NCBI GenBank assembly: GCA_965279515.1
Contig: CBDIID010000003.1
Coordinates: 4,032,001 to 4,096,000 of the forward strand
Reading direction: 5' to 3'
Length of the DNA stretch: 64,000 bases
Source: Turneriella sp.
GTDB lineage: Bacteria > Spirochaetota > Leptospiria > Turneriellales > Turneriellaceae
Shown here: piece by piece, positions 10,575 through 21,282 of the stretch
How positions within the stretch are numbered: position 1 is the stretch's first letter
Layout of the letters: every line of letters begins with the position of its first letter
The notes under the pieces: model-generated
What the model was told of the DNA's origin: nothing
Seen by the model: only the letters and a program-made list of their open reading frames with translations
Databases searched by the model: none
Position numbers and translations under genes: made by a program

Positions 10575-10603
10575 GAGCTTTCGATCCGATCATTGGAGGT
10601 GTC

Positions 10604-12022
10604 ATGGAACAACTCTCTTTAGAAAAATTACAACGCCAGAACGCGGCGCTTTTAAAGTTGGCGAAAAGTACCGCTATCGACAGCGGAAATCTGAAACAGG
10701 CTTTTCGCGAAATTACGGAAGCTGGTGCTGCGACACTCGATATCAAACGTTGCAGTATCTGGGCCTATACAGAATCGCGTGACGGCATCGTCTGCCTCGA
10801 CCTCTACGAGGCCGAGAAGAACGAACACAGCGATGGGCTTAAGCTCATGGCAAAGGATTTTCCGGCATACTTCAAGTATCTCACCGAAGAACGTTTTCTG
10901 GCCGCTCACGACGCCCACACCGATGCCTCGACGTTCGAGTTCTCTGACGTCTATCTGAAGCCGCTCAACATCAATTCGATGCTCGATGCCCCGTTTCGCC
11001 GCTCGGGTGAGATGATGGGGGTTATCTGTAACGAACAGGTCGGCCCCGGGCGCACCTGGACTCCCGAAGAACAGAATTTTTCCGGCTCCCTCGCTGACCT
11101 GATCTCGCGGGCGTTTGAAGCGGAAGCCCGCTTTAAGGCGCAGGAAGAACTGAGACAGGCCAATGAGCAACTCGAACAGAAAGTAGAGGAGCGCACGCGG
11201 CAGCTGAGTGAAACCTTGGCCCAGGTGCAGGCACTCAAGAACCAGCAAGACGCGGATTATTTTCTGACGAGCCTTCTCATCAATCCCTTGTCGCGCGTTG
11301 AAAAGAGCGTCGGAAATATTTCGCTTGAAAGTCTGGTTGTGCAGAAAAAAAAGTTTTCCTTTAAAGACCGCAATTACCAGATAGGCGGCGATTTTGTCTA
11401 CAGCGCCTCGGTGCCGATCGGTGGCGTGCCGCATATCTTTATCGTCAACGCCGACGCGATGGGTAAATCGATTCAGGGCGCAGGTGGAGCGCTGGTTTTG
11501 GGCGCGATTCTCAAAGCGCTGCTCGCGCGACCCTCGGCGCGCGTGGAGGCTGGCCCCGCCAGCTGGTTATCCGCCTTGTACCGCCGCCTCAATGACGTAT
11601 TTCTCTCGCTCGAGGGCAGCATGATGATTTCGGTGTCGATGGCTTTTATCACGCCTGAAAACGTCGCCTATGTGCTTTCCGCCGAACACCCTGATCCGGT
11701 GTTACTCCGCAACGGTATCGCGTCGCTGATGGCTACGACGCAGATTCCTAAACTTGGTTCGATGCGCGACGATATGCCGAGCGGAAAAATTCCCATCACG
11801 CGCATCCAGCTTTTATCCGGCGATACGCTGATCTTTGCTTCCGACGGCCGCGATGATTTAATGTTGGAAACGCCCAAAGGCAGGGTTTACAATGAAGACG
11901 AGACGCTCTTTTGCCGGCATGTGGAAAAATCGGGCGGCTCGCTTGCGAGGGTCTTCGACAACATAGCAAGCGCAGGCGAAATCACCGATGATTTCTCCGC
12001 CGTGCAGTTGAAAGTTAGTTGA
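10604..12022 (+). CDS. GAF-domain SpoIIE/PP2C-type phosphatase
   Basis: GAF (SMLDAPF, GVICNEQ), coiled coil, IGGD, ADAMGKSIQGA, ASDGRDD, TDDFS; RBS GGAGG. Confidence 0.9.
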   Translation: MEQLSLEKLQRQNAALLKLAKSTAIDSGNLKQAFREITEAGAATLDIKRCSIWAYTESRDGIVCLDLYEAEKNEHSDGLKLMAKDFPAYFKYLTEERFLAAHDAHTDASTFEFSDVYLKPLNINSMLDAPFRRSGEMMGVICNEQVGPGRTWTPEEQNFSGSLADLISRAFEAEARFKAQEELRQANEQLEQKVEERTRQLSETLAQVQALKNQQDADYFLTSLLINPLSRVEKSVGNISLESLVVQKKKFSFKDRNYQIGGDFVYSASVPIGGVPHIFIVNADAMGKSIQGAGGALVLGAILKALLARPSARVEAGPASWLSALYRRLNDVFLSLEGSMMISVSMAFITPENVAYVLSAEHPDPVLLRNGIASLMATTQIPKLGSMRDDMPSGKIPITRIQLLSGDTLIFASDGRDDLMLETPKGRVYNEDETLFCRHVEKSGGSLARVFDNIASAGEITDDFSAVQLKVS

Positions 12023-12073
12023 ACGTTTGTTCATTTTTGCTATGCGGATTGACCTCGTTCATTAGGCTGGCGT

Positions 12074-13081
12074 ATGTCAGCACACGCGGCCGCAGAGACG
12101 ACGAGCAGCGGGCTTATCCCGAACGTCGACATCGATTTTTTTCTGCACACGCTCTATACGCGCTTTGTTCCCGAAAGCTTCCGCTGGAATTTCGGCGAAA
12201 ACCTGTATAATGTCTATGTCGCTGCCCGCCGCAAGGCATCCGGCGCGCGCCTCGGCAGCGCCTTCCTGGGTGACATCACGGTAAAATATCTCGAGTGGGG
12301 CCGGCCGCAGTTGCCGAAGCTGTTACTCCTGCATGGCTTTGCCGACAGCAAAGACGGTGTCTTGCCGTATGCCAAGGAACTCTCGCGGCGCTTCCACGTG
12401 ATTGCGCCCGATCTGCCGGGTTTCGGCGAGAGCGAGAAACCTGCACGCGTCGTCTACAACCTCGAGCAGTTTGACACCTGGATCACACGTTTCGCCGATA
12501 AGATGCACTTTGACCGGTTCGTGCTGGCCGGGCATTCCCTGGGTGGGGCCATCGCCGCAGAGCTCGCGACGAAAATTCCGCAGCGGGTACAGCGCCTGAT
12601 TCTGATTTCGGCTGCGGGCCTGGTGCCAACAAACGACGGCGACAATATCTATGAGCGTATCCTGAATGGGCACAATCCGTTCGAGGTTTCATCCTATGAG
12701 GATTTCCGCGAGTTTTTCAAACTCATTTTCAGCGACCCCCACAAGGCGCCGTTGCCGGTGAAAAATTATCTCTACATGAAGTTCGCGGCCAACCGCACCT
12801 GGTACCACAAGATTTTCCTGGATATGATGGGTGATATTTCAAGCGAAGATTTCATCGACCAGCGTAAGGCAGAGCAGCTGAAGAAATTCGCCGCCATCAA
12901 AACGCCGACGCTCATTGTCTGGGGTCGCCATGACGGTTTTTTTCCCGAATCGATCGGCAACTGGATGCACCGCACTGTAGCAGATTCGCGCTATGCCCTG
13001 ATTGAAGAGGCCGCGCACATGGCACCGATGGAGCAGGCCGATAAGCTGGCGAAGCTGACGCTTTCTTTCCTGAATACATAA
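12074..13081 (+). CDS. alpha/beta hydrolase (lipase-like)
   Basis: LHGF, DLPGFGES, GHSLGG, WGRHD, AAHM. Confidence 0.9.
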   Translation: MSAHAAAETTSSGLIPNVDIDFFLHTLYTRFVPESFRWNFGENLYNVYVAARRKASGARLGSAFLGDITVKYLEWGRPQLPKLLLLHGFADSKDGVLPYAKELSRRFHVIAPDLPGFGESEKPARVVYNLEQFDTWITRFADKMHFDRFVLAGHSLGGAIAAELATKIPQRVQRLILISAAGLVPTNDGDNIYERILNGHNPFEVSSYEDFREFFKLIFSDPHKAPLPVKNYLYMKFAANRTWYHKIFLDMMGDISSEDFIDQRKAEQLKKFAAIKTPTLIVWGRHDGFFPESIGNWMHRTVADSRYALIEEAAHMAPMEQADKLAKLTLSFLNT

Positions 13082-13128
13082 CCCTAAAAAAGTTGCCGCC
13101 GCATAGTGCCGGTCGTGGCTGACGGTGC

Positions 13129-13638
13129 ATGAACAACCTATCTTTGGATATCGGCTGCGGTCCCCATAAGCTGCCCGATGCGATTGGCATCGATATCCGT
13201 AAACTACCCGGCATCAAGTATGTGCATAATATGAATAAGGCTCCCTGGCCTGTGAAAGAAAGATTCGATTTTATGCGCTGCCAGCACGTGATCGAACATA
13301 TTGCGAATCTTCCGGTGCTCGTTAAGGAAATCTATCGCCTGTCCAACCATGGCTGCGTCGTTTCATTCGTGACTCCGCACTACAGCTCTTGTGCAAGCTG
13401 GGGAGACCCCACGCATGTGCACCATTTCGGCCGGGGTTCGATTATACAATTGTTTGAAATGGAGTTAGGCAACGACAAATTTGAGACCGTCAAGAATGAA
13501 TTAAAATTTACCGGAGCGCTGTTTGATTTACCTGGTTGGCTGATCTATAAAATCTCTCCTAAAAAATATGAAAAGTATTTTGCCTGGCGGTACCCGGCCA
13601 ATGAAATACATACGACGATCAGGATTCTGAAGAAGTGA
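13129..13638 (+). CDS. SAM-dependent methyltransferase (surface-glycan associated)
   Basis: LDIGCG, HVIEH, DPTH. Confidence 0.85.
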   Translation: MNNLSLDIGCGPHKLPDAIGIDIRKLPGIKYVHNMNKAPWPVKERFDFMRCQHVIEHIANLPVLVKEIYRLSNHGCVVSFVTPHYSSCASWGDPTHVHHFGRGSIIQLFEMELGNDKFETVKNELKFTGALFDLPGWLIYKISPKKYEKYFAWRYPANEIHTTIRILKK

Positions 13639-13703
13639 GATATTCGGGAAAGTGAAACTGCCTTTAGGCAGATTTATGAGTCTTTGGCAAAGGTTAAATG
13701 CGT

Positions 13704-14729
13704 CTATTTTGATTTTCGCGCGGTATCTTTGTAAACCTTCATAACCTCGCTCACAGAAATTTTACTGATATCGTAATCATCGACAAGGGCATCCGAAGCG
13801 ACGACGAATTGCCGCTGGGCTTCCGTGTAGAGCCCCCACGTTGGTAATATCCACTGGGTCATCAGGCTGATGCTCGGCGTCCCGATGGCGGCAGCAAGAT
13901 GGCGTGAAGCGGAATCCAGGCAGAATACAAGTTTGGAGTGCTTCATCACAATTGCTGTTTCGAGCAGCGGGTGTTCAGCAAAAATCGTCGTACGGTCACG
14001 GACCTTTTTCAGATCCAGTGCGTTAAAAATGGCATCGCAGAGCTGTGATTCGTTCGGGCCTGACACCAGTACGAATTGCAGTTTTTTCTCCAGCACAGCA
14101 ATGGCTGTGATGAGTTTTGCCCAGTTGGCCGCAGGCCAGCGTTTTCTTTCCGAACTGGCACCGGGATGTATGACGATAAAAGGGGTTTTGATTTTGGGCA
14201 GGATATGACCCAGCGGGGGGGCCGTTGTGGGAATGACAAATGTCGTTTTACGCTGCCTTTCGATCGGCGCTATCAAAGCCGCGAGATTCAGGTAAAAATC
14301 GATGAAATCCCTCGCCCCTTCTTTCTCAGCGAGCTTTTCCGTAAGTAGCCATGACAGCGATTGATGTTTGAGCCCACCCCGGATCCTGGCGCCGGATAAG
14401 AATGCCCAGATGCAGGCCCTGTCATTGTAATCTGTGATGAGTATCCGGGAAAATCTGAAAGCACGGATTTTGCGGGCCCAGAAGAAAAATAATTTCGTTT
14501 TGATCCAGATTTTTTTCAGGCCGGAAGTGCGTTTTATGTCCGAAAGCGGAATCGGCCAGATCTCATTGATATCGGTATTTGTACTCAGCGCCGCGGTGTA
14601 ACGGCCGTCGCAGAGCACCACAATGTGTGCGTGGGGTAACGCCCTGCGCAGCGCGGCATAAGCCGCAGTCTGCACGATGAGATCGCCCATCAGCTTTTGC
14701 GAAGTTACGAGAATTTTTTCCGGTGACAA
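13704..14729 (-). CDS. glycosyltransferase family 9 (heptosyltransferase-like)
   Basis: MGDLI, IHPGAS, KRWP, DSASRHLAAA. Confidence 0.9.
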   Translation of the reverse strand: MSPEKILVTSQKLMGDLIVQTAAYAALRRALPHAHIVVLCDGRYTAALSTNTDINEIWPIPLSDIKRTSGLKKIWIKTKLFFFWARKIRAFRFSRILITDYNDRACIWAFLSGARIRGGLKHQSLSWLLTEKLAEKEGARDFIDFYLNLAALIAPIERQRKTTFVIPTTAPPLGHILPKIKTPFIVIHPGASSERKRWPAANWAKLITAIAVLEKKLQFVLVSGPNESQLCDAIFNALDLKKVRDRTTIFAEHPLLETAIVMKHSKLVFCLDSASRHLAAAIGTPSISLMTQWILPTWGLYTEAQRQFVVASDALVDDYDISKISVSEVMKVYKDTARKSK

Positions 14730-14744
14730 AGCCCTACCGCTGCA

Positions 14745-16712
14745 TCAGTGTTGCAATTGCAATTGATAAAAATTCTTATAAACCTTGCTTTTTCTCAGGA
14801 GTTCTTTATGCCTGCCGCGTTCCACAATTTTACCGTCTTTCATGACCAGGATCTGGTCGGCCTTAAAAATTGTCGAAAGCCGGTGTGCAATGACGAATGT
14901 TGTCCGGTTCTTCATTACCGATTCAATGGCCAGCTGTACGAGGCGTTCCGATTCGGTATCGAGAGCGCTCGTGGCTTCATCAAGAATCAGAATTCCGGGG
15001 TTCTTGAGAATCGCGCGGGCGATCGAAAGCCGTTGGCGTTGCCCGCCAGATAACATCAAGCCGCGTTCGCCGACGATGGTATCATATTTAAGGGGAAGCT
15101 TTTGGATGAATTCATCGGCAAAGGCCATTTTCGCCGCGCGGATCACTTCCGCTTCGGGTATGTCAGAGCGGCCATAACACAGGTTTTCGCGCACTGTGCC
15201 GTTAAACAGGAAGATATCCTGCGTGACGATGCCAATGCGCTCGCGTAAAGATTCGAGTTTGAACTGGCGGATATCTGTGCCGTCGAATTGTATGCTGCCG
15301 TCGGTGACATCGTTGAAGCGCAGAATTAAATCCACCATTGTCGATTTGCCTGCGCCGGAGTGCCCGACGAGCGCGACGGTTTCGCCTCTCTTCGCCTTGA
15401 GGCTCACTTTTCTCAGGACCAGTTTATCTGTTCCCGGGTATTGGAATTCGACATCTTTGAATTCGATTTTTTCGACCTCTTCAGGCATCATCACAGGAAC
15501 CAGGGCTTCTTTCACTTCGGATTTATGGTCGATGATTTCGAAGATGCGGCTACCCGAAGCGATCGATCTCTGCACGAGATTATACCAGCCCGCCATTTGT
15601 TTGATGGGGCTGAGCAGCATAATGAGCGTGAATAAGAAGGCAAAGAAGCTTCCCGATGACATCTCCTGATCGAGAATCAGCGTGCCGCCATAGACGATGA
15701 GCCCCACGACGATAAATGACGTGATCATTTCCACGAGCGCCGGCCCTAACTGGTGGGTGATGCGGTATAAAAAATTCTGCTTAAAGAGACTCATATTAAT
15801 CTCTTCAAAGCGTGCAGACTGGTACGGCTCCATGCCGAAGGCGCGGATGATCCGGATGCCCGCGATGACTTCCTGCAGGTGGCCGTTGAGTTCCCCCAGG
15901 CGAATCTGTTCATTGGTTGTCAGGCCGCGGATTTTACTGGAAAGAAAATGCACCGGGATCAGCACAATCGGAACGCCGATTGTTGTGATGAGAAGCAATT
16001 TGACTGAAATCATCGCCAGGATGATAACATGCGTACCAATGATGAAAAAATTATTGATGGAAGTTCTGAGTTCGGTAGAAGTCGCCTCTGACAGGGTCGT
16101 CACGTCATTGATGATACGGCTCATGAGCACGCCGGTTTTTTCTTTCACAAAATACGAAAGTGGTAACCGTATCATGCTCGCATAGAGCTGACGGCGGATA
16201 TCTGTTACGGCCAGCAATCCCGTTGCTGTCAGCAGATAGACGGTGGCAAAATCAAATATCAGCCGCAGAAGGAAGATTGGCAGAACCAGAAATGAAATAT
16301 ATTTCAGAACCTTGATGGCCGGAATTGTCAGCAAAAACTGGTTCAGTTCGAGCTTTTTTCTGACCCAAAAGGTTTTAATCCCCGATGCAAATTCCATCGC
16401 CACGGCGCTGGATTTCTCCTGCTTCAGGATGCTGCGCTCTTTCTCGTAAAAATCTTTCATCTGCGGGGATTCAATCAGGCTTTTTAGCTCGGCGGGATGA
16501 GTTTTTGCCAGCTGACCAACCTCCCAGATTTCAAAATGGACCTGCAGGGGTTTTGAACCACCGGTTTCAATGACGTCGAAAATCGGCTTCAGCGATAAGA
16601 GGCTCAGCCCGTTAAAAATAGAGAAAAGGAAAGAGGCGAGCAGCCCCATAAAAAACCGCCGTTTATATTTCGAAGCATAACTCAGGATACGGAAATATAT
16701 CTTTCGGTTCAT
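14745..16712 (-). CDS. msbA: ABC exporter, MsbA-like lipid A flippase
   Basis: TMD plus NBD: GHSGAGKST, LSGGQRQR, ILILDEAT; flanked by GT9 genes. Confidence 0.85.
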   Translation of the reverse strand: MNRKIYFRILSYASKYKRRFFMGLLASFLFSIFNGLSLLSLKPIFDVIETGGSKPLQVHFEIWEVGQLAKTHPAELKSLIESPQMKDFYEKERSILKQEKSSAVAMEFASGIKTFWVRKKLELNQFLLTIPAIKVLKYISFLVLPIFLLRLIFDFATVYLLTATGLLAVTDIRRQLYASMIRLPLSYFVKEKTGVLMSRIINDVTTLSEATSTELRTSINNFFIIGTHVIILAMISVKLLLITTIGVPIVLIPVHFLSSKIRGLTTNEQIRLGELNGHLQEVIAGIRIIRAFGMEPYQSARFEEINMSLFKQNFLYRITHQLGPALVEMITSFIVVGLIVYGGTLILDQEMSSGSFFAFLFTLIMLLSPIKQMAGWYNLVQRSIASGSRIFEIIDHKSEVKEALVPVMMPEEVEKIEFKDVEFQYPGTDKLVLRKVSLKAKRGETVALVGHSGAGKSTMVDLILRFNDVTDGSIQFDGTDIRQFKLESLRERIGIVTQDIFLFNGTVRENLCYGRSDIPEAEVIRAAKMAFADEFIQKLPLKYDTIVGERGLMLSGGQRQRLSIARAILKNPGILILDEATSALDTESERLVQLAIESVMKNRTTFVIAHRLSTIFKADQILVMKDGKIVERGRHKELLRKSKVYKNFYQLQLQH

Positions 16713-16813
16713 TAGGTTGGGCCATCGGCACTAAACGATTCAGGCCGTAAAACGGTTGCCTGCGTTCAGCTAAATGTGGTTTCTGGGCTGATCTGAGTTT
16801 CCGCTCTGGCCGG

Positions 16814-17839
16814 ATGCCACGCCGCATCGTTATTCTGACGCAGAAAGAGATCGGTGATTTGGTCGTGGTGACCGCGCTTATCAGGGCGTTGCATAAAAAC
16901 TTCCCCGGCCATGAACTCATCGTTGCCAGCCGCCCTGTCGTGCGCGAAGTCTATGCGAACAACACCGCCATTTCAGGCTTTGTGAATATTCAGCTTGCGG
17001 ATGTGAAAAAGGGCCCTGTAGGTAAACGCGTCGCGGCTTTTTTTCGCTACCTGTGGATTCTGCGGCGGTTAAAAGCAGAAATCGTACTACAGCTGGAAGC
17101 CAATGATGTCATGGCTTTGTGGACCCGCTTCTCGGGAGCGAAGATTCGCATCGGTGTCCGTAACCAAACCTTTCGCCGCCTGTTTTCGGCCATAAATACC
17201 CTGGCCGAAGGGGAGCAGAGTGCCTTGCTTTTTTATCTGAGTTTTCTTGATCCTTTGGCTGCTGCTCCGGCTGGTTTCAAGACCGAGCTCTTTGCCCATT
17301 CCCGGCGAGGGCTACGCAAGGCGGATGGCATTCTTATCCATCCCGGTGCGCGTATCCAGGAAAAGCTCTGGCCCGTGGCAAAGTGGCTGGAATTCCTGGG
17401 GCGCCTCCGGAAAAAATATCCCCGTTTGCGAATCCGTGTCGCTGCAAGCATCTTTGATAAAGACATCTGCGACAGCATCCGGGAGGGCGCAGACCCGAAG
17501 TGGAAGCTGGAGTGGGCGGAGATAAAAACTTTCCAGGATTTATGTAACGCCGTCGCCGAATCCGAACTCGTGATGGTTATGGATTCCTCTCCCCGCCATG
17601 TCGCTGCCGCGTATGATGTACCGACAATAGCGATAGTTCCGGAATGGACGTTGAATGACTGGGGTATTTACGATAAAAACCGGCACCGCGTTGTGGTTTC
17701 CCACACGGTGCGCCCGGTTTTTGGTTTAGATACCATTGAAGTGGCTGCGGTGTCGGATGCATTTGAAAAATACTGGCGGGAACTGAAAAAATCCCCGCCG
17801 AAACGGATTCGGGGATTACGGAAGGAGCAAACAAAATGA
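16814..17839 (+). CDS. glycosyltransferase family 9
   Basis: IGDLV, IHPGA, KLWP, DSSPRHVAAA. Confidence 0.9.
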   Translation: MPRRIVILTQKEIGDLVVVTALIRALHKNFPGHELIVASRPVVREVYANNTAISGFVNIQLADVKKGPVGKRVAAFFRYLWILRRLKAEIVLQLEANDVMALWTRFSGAKIRIGVRNQTFRRLFSAINTLAEGEQSALLFYLSFLDPLAAAPAGFKTELFAHSRRGLRKADGILIHPGARIQEKLWPVAKWLEFLGRLRKKYPRLRIRVAASIFDKDICDSIREGADPKWKLEWAEIKTFQDLCNAVAESELVMVMDSSPRHVAAAYDVPTIAIVPEWTLNDWGIYDKNRHRVVVSHTVRPVFGLDTIEVAAVSDAFEKYWRELKKSPPKRIRGLRKEQTK

Positions 17840-18621
17840 ATCGATACAAGGTAATTTTCCGGGCATGCGATGCGGTGCAGAGCCTTAGAAACCCGCGGCC
17901 TTTCGGTCTCGATAAAAAGACGCTGATCAAGATCTGTTTTTTAAGTCTCGTCGAATCGCTGAAGGCGGTCGATCACGAAATTTATATCATGGGCGATAAA
18001 TTGTCCGACGAGATGATGGAATTTTTCGGGCGTTTCAAGGCCACGGTGACCAACGGCGTTTATGGCAACGATGAATCGATACGCATGACCTTCCGCCAGG
18101 CATTAAAATACGAAAATGAAGACTGGGTTTATTTTTGCGAAGACGACTACATTCACCAGCCGCAGACCTTTCAGTATATTGACGAATTTATCACAAACCG
18201 CGAAGAAATCATGGCATACGAGCCGCGCCGGGCGATCTTTAAACTTTTCGTGCGCGACCTGAATAAAAAAGACCTCTTCATCCATCCGCCGGATTACCCC
18301 GACCGCTATAAGAAGGACTGGAAAAGACATTCTTTTCTCTTCCTGAGTAAGTACTGTCACTGGCGGCAGATTTCACACACAACTTTTACGTTTATGGGGC
18401 AGGTGAAATCATTGCGCAAATTCGAGAAGCACCTCTTCCATTCGGCGCACACCGCGCACGACGGATACCTGAGCCGTAAGCTTTATGGCAGGCTGCTTTT
18501 TATGGGGCGGGGTATCGCGGTTTCGCCAGTGCCCGGCCTTGCATGCCACCTGCATGAAGAAACCCTGACGCCCCTCGTCGACTGGCAAAAGCTGGTAGAA
18601 CACTATAAAGAAAGGCTCTAA
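17836..18621 (+). CDS. putative GT-A fold glycosyltransferase
   Basis: YFCEDDY DxD-like motif; ATGA-coupled to the upstream GT9. Confidence 0.65.
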   Translation: MNRYKVIFRACDAVQSLRNPRPFGLDKKTLIKICFLSLVESLKAVDHEIYIMGDKLSDEMMEFFGRFKATVTNGVYGNDESIRMTFRQALKYENEDWVYFCEDDYIHQPQTFQYIDEFITNREEIMAYEPRRAIFKLFVRDLNKKDLFIHPPDYPDRYKKDWKRHSFLFLSKYCHWRQISHTTFTFMGQVKSLRKFEKHLFHSAHTAHDGYLSRKLYGRLLFMGRGIAVSPVPGLACHLHEETLTPLVDWQKLVEHYKERL

Positions 18622-18672
18622 GCCGAATAGGTTTACGCCCTGTCGCAAAGTAGGTTTGCGGTGGAAAAGATT

Positions 18673-20262
18673 ATGGCAAAACCTAAAATTCTGATTTCCG
18701 ACAACCTGGATCAGGACGGCGTAGATATCCTGACCGCATCCGGGCTTTTCGATGTCGATTTCCGCAAGAAGACCAGCCGCGAAGAACTCGAAGCAGTCAT
18801 CGGTGAAGTCGAAGGCCTGATTATCCGTTCGGCTTCCAAGGTCGATAAGGCCCTCGTGGAAAAAGCAGGTAAGCTCAAGGTAGTCATCCGCGCCGGTGTG
18901 GGTGTCGACAACATCGATATTCCTGCCTGTTCGCAGAAGGGGATTGTTGTGATGAACGCGCCTGCGGGAAATTCTATCTCCACCGCCGAGCAGGCCATTG
19001 CCCTCATGTTCGCTCTCGCGCGTAAACTACCGCAGGCGCACGGTTCGATGAAACAGAAAAAATGGGAGAAAACAAAATTCCAGGGCTCGCAGCTTACGGG
19101 TAAAAAACTCGGCGTCATTGGCCTCGGCCGTATCGGCAAAGAGGTGGTGAAGCGCGCGAAAGGCCTGCAGATGGAAGTTCTCGGTTTTGATCCTTACATT
19201 CCGAAAGAGAACCTGGGGCACCTGGAAATCCGCCTCGAGCCGATCGACGCGATTCTGAAAGAGGCAGATTTTATCACGGTACACACGCCCTTGACCGATG
19301 CGACGAAGGGTCTTGTGAACGAGAAAAATCTCTCTATGCTGAAGCCGGGCGTTCGCCTCATCAACTGCGCGCGCGGCGGTATCTATGACGAAGCCGCTGT
19401 AGCGAAAGGCGTGCAGGAAGGTATCATTGCCGGTGCTGGTCTCGATGTGTTTGTCGAAGAGCCTCTGCCCGCGACCAGCCCGCTCTATGATCTCGACGAT
19501 GTCGTACTGACGCCGCACCTCGGCGCATCGACGGACGAGGCACAGATCGAAGTTGCGAAAGAAAGCGCCGACTCGATGGTGGCCTTTTTCAAAACCGGTG
19601 TCGCGCGCAATTCCCTGAACTTCCCCACGATCGACCCGACCTCGATGGATCAGCTTGCGCCATGGTTTACGCTCTGCGAGCAGGTCGGTTCATTCATTGG
19701 CCAGATGGTCAAAAACCCGATTAAGGACGTCGAGATCGCTTACCGCGGCGAATTTACCGCGCTGAACCTTGGTCCTTTGGAAATCGCCCTGACGAAAGGT
19801 TTACTCTCTGTGGCGTTGGGCGATGATGTCAACCTCGTCAACGCGCCGATTCTTGCAAAAGAGCGCTCGCTGCGCATCACGGGCAGAAAAGACGAAAAGG
19901 GCGAGAAAGAATCGTCTGTCATCAAAATCACCGTGTACGACGAAAAGGAACGTTTGACGCTCAAGGCCTCGGTGGGTGCCACCGGCGGATTTATCACTGA
20001 ACTCAACGGCAATTCGCTCGAACTCAAGCCTGAGGGCAATCTCCTTTATATCCAGAATACAGATACCCCAGGCGTAGTAGGTCATCTCGGGACATTCCTG
20101 GGCGAGCATAAGATCAATATCTCGAGCATGCAGCTCTCGCGTGCCGCCAAAGGGGGTGAAGCCCGCACCTTCCTGGGGCTCGACGACGAAATGTCCAAGG
20201 CGCTGATCGATACCCTCAAAAAGAAAGAATTTATTGTTGAGGCGCGCTTCATCAAGATTTAG
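18673..20262 (+). CDS. serA: D-3-phosphoglycerate dehydrogenase (long form with ACT domain)
   Basis: RAGVGVDNID, GLGRIG, INCARGG, TPHLGAST, C-terminal ACT (DTPGVVG). Confidence 0.96.
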   Translation: MAKPKILISDNLDQDGVDILTASGLFDVDFRKKTSREELEAVIGEVEGLIIRSASKVDKALVEKAGKLKVVIRAGVGVDNIDIPACSQKGIVVMNAPAGNSISTAEQAIALMFALARKLPQAHGSMKQKKWEKTKFQGSQLTGKKLGVIGLGRIGKEVVKRAKGLQMEVLGFDPYIPKENLGHLEIRLEPIDAILKEADFITVHTPLTDATKGLVNEKNLSMLKPGVRLINCARGGIYDEAAVAKGVQEGIIAGAGLDVFVEEPLPATSPLYDLDDVVLTPHLGASTDEAQIEVAKESADSMVAFFKTGVARNSLNFPTIDPTSMDQLAPWFTLCEQVGSFIGQMVKNPIKDVEIAYRGEFTALNLGPLEIALTKGLLSVALGDDVNLVNAPILAKERSLRITGRKDEKGEKESSVIKITVYDEKERLTLKASVGATGGFITELNGNSLELKPEGNLLYIQNTDTPGVVGHLGTFLGEHKINISSMQLSRAAKGGEARTFLGLDDEMSKALIDTLKKKEFIVEARFIKI

Positions 20263-20268
20263 TCCGCC

Positions 20269-21282
20269 GTGGCTGCGCGCGAGGGCTCCTTTCTCGGGAA
20301 AATCTTCCGCCGCCTCGCGGATTTTTTTGACGGGCAGCGTAAGCCCGGTAGATCTTTGCTGGCAGGTTCACCCCGCGAAGTTGATATTGTCACTCTCGCG
20401 ATTGTCTTCATTGGACTTGTCGTAGCCGGCACTTTGATTCATACCTGGTATTTTCTGCTGTGGAATGTTCTGTTCGCCGCCTTTTTTTGTGTGGGTACTT
20501 GGTTGATTTTTTACTCTGCGCGCTGGCGCCCCGGCGCGCGGGGGTTCTTGCTGGGCCTATTACTACTGGCATCGATACCCGCGGCGACCGATCGCCTCTT
20601 AGGGCTTTTTACTTTTTCTCTGTTGTTTCTTTTTCTTTTGCGCGGCCTCTTGATTTCAGAAAACTTTCTGCGCCGTGAAACACTGAGCGTCATCGCTGTG
20701 GCGTTACTGTGTTTCAGCTCTTATGGGGCGTTCACGGCAGTTCTTGAGAGTGTGCGTAGCTTATTTTTGCATCTGCGCGCGCCGATTCCGCTACAGTGCG
20801 AAGCAAAATCTGAGCAGAGACTCTGCCGTGCTGGCGAGGTTGCGTTTTCGGTGCCGGAGTACTGGCGGCCGGGAGGCAACTCACGGTTGGTCGAAGATTT
20901 GAGGTTGGTTGCTCCGTTGAAGCCTTATGCTGATAGCGCAACAGATAATACCATCGCTTTTGCTGCGTTTGCCGCCCCGTCAGCGCAGGTCATGCAGCAG
21001 ATACAAAATTTTTTCATTAGTCAGAAGGGGTTTATGCGCAGCAAGGCGATGAATAGTGAACCTTTGACGCCGCAGCAAATTCTGAAAAGCCATGATACTT
21101 CGCTCTACGCCGTTCGTTATCAGGGCAGTTCGGTTCCCGGATATCTTGCCGGCAGCGAAGAGATGACGGCGCTCGTGCTGCTGCATGAACGCCGCGGCAT
21201 GACCTGGCTCTTTGTCGTCGATGGTACCGATCTTTCGGCGCGTGAATTTATTTTACACCGGATTATCAGCGGTTTCCGCTAG
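20269..21282 (+). CDS. hypothetical membrane protein
   Basis: About 5 hydrophobic segments followed by a soluble domain; starts 6 bp after serA. Confidence 0.65.
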   Translation: MAAREGSFLGKIFRRLADFFDGQRKPGRSLLAGSPREVDIVTLAIVFIGLVVAGTLIHTWYFLLWNVLFAAFFCVGTWLIFYSARWRPGARGFLLGLLLLASIPAATDRLLGLFTFSLLFLFLLRGLLISENFLRRETLSVIAVALLCFSSYGAFTAVLESVRSLFLHLRAPIPLQCEAKSEQRLCRAGEVAFSVPEYWRPGGNSRLVEDLRLVAPLKPYADSATDNTIAFAAFAAPSAQVMQQIQNFFISQKGFMRSKAMNSEPLTPQQILKSHDTSLYAVRYQGSSVPGYLAGSEEMTALVLLHERRGMTWLFVVDGTDLSAREFILHRIISGFR

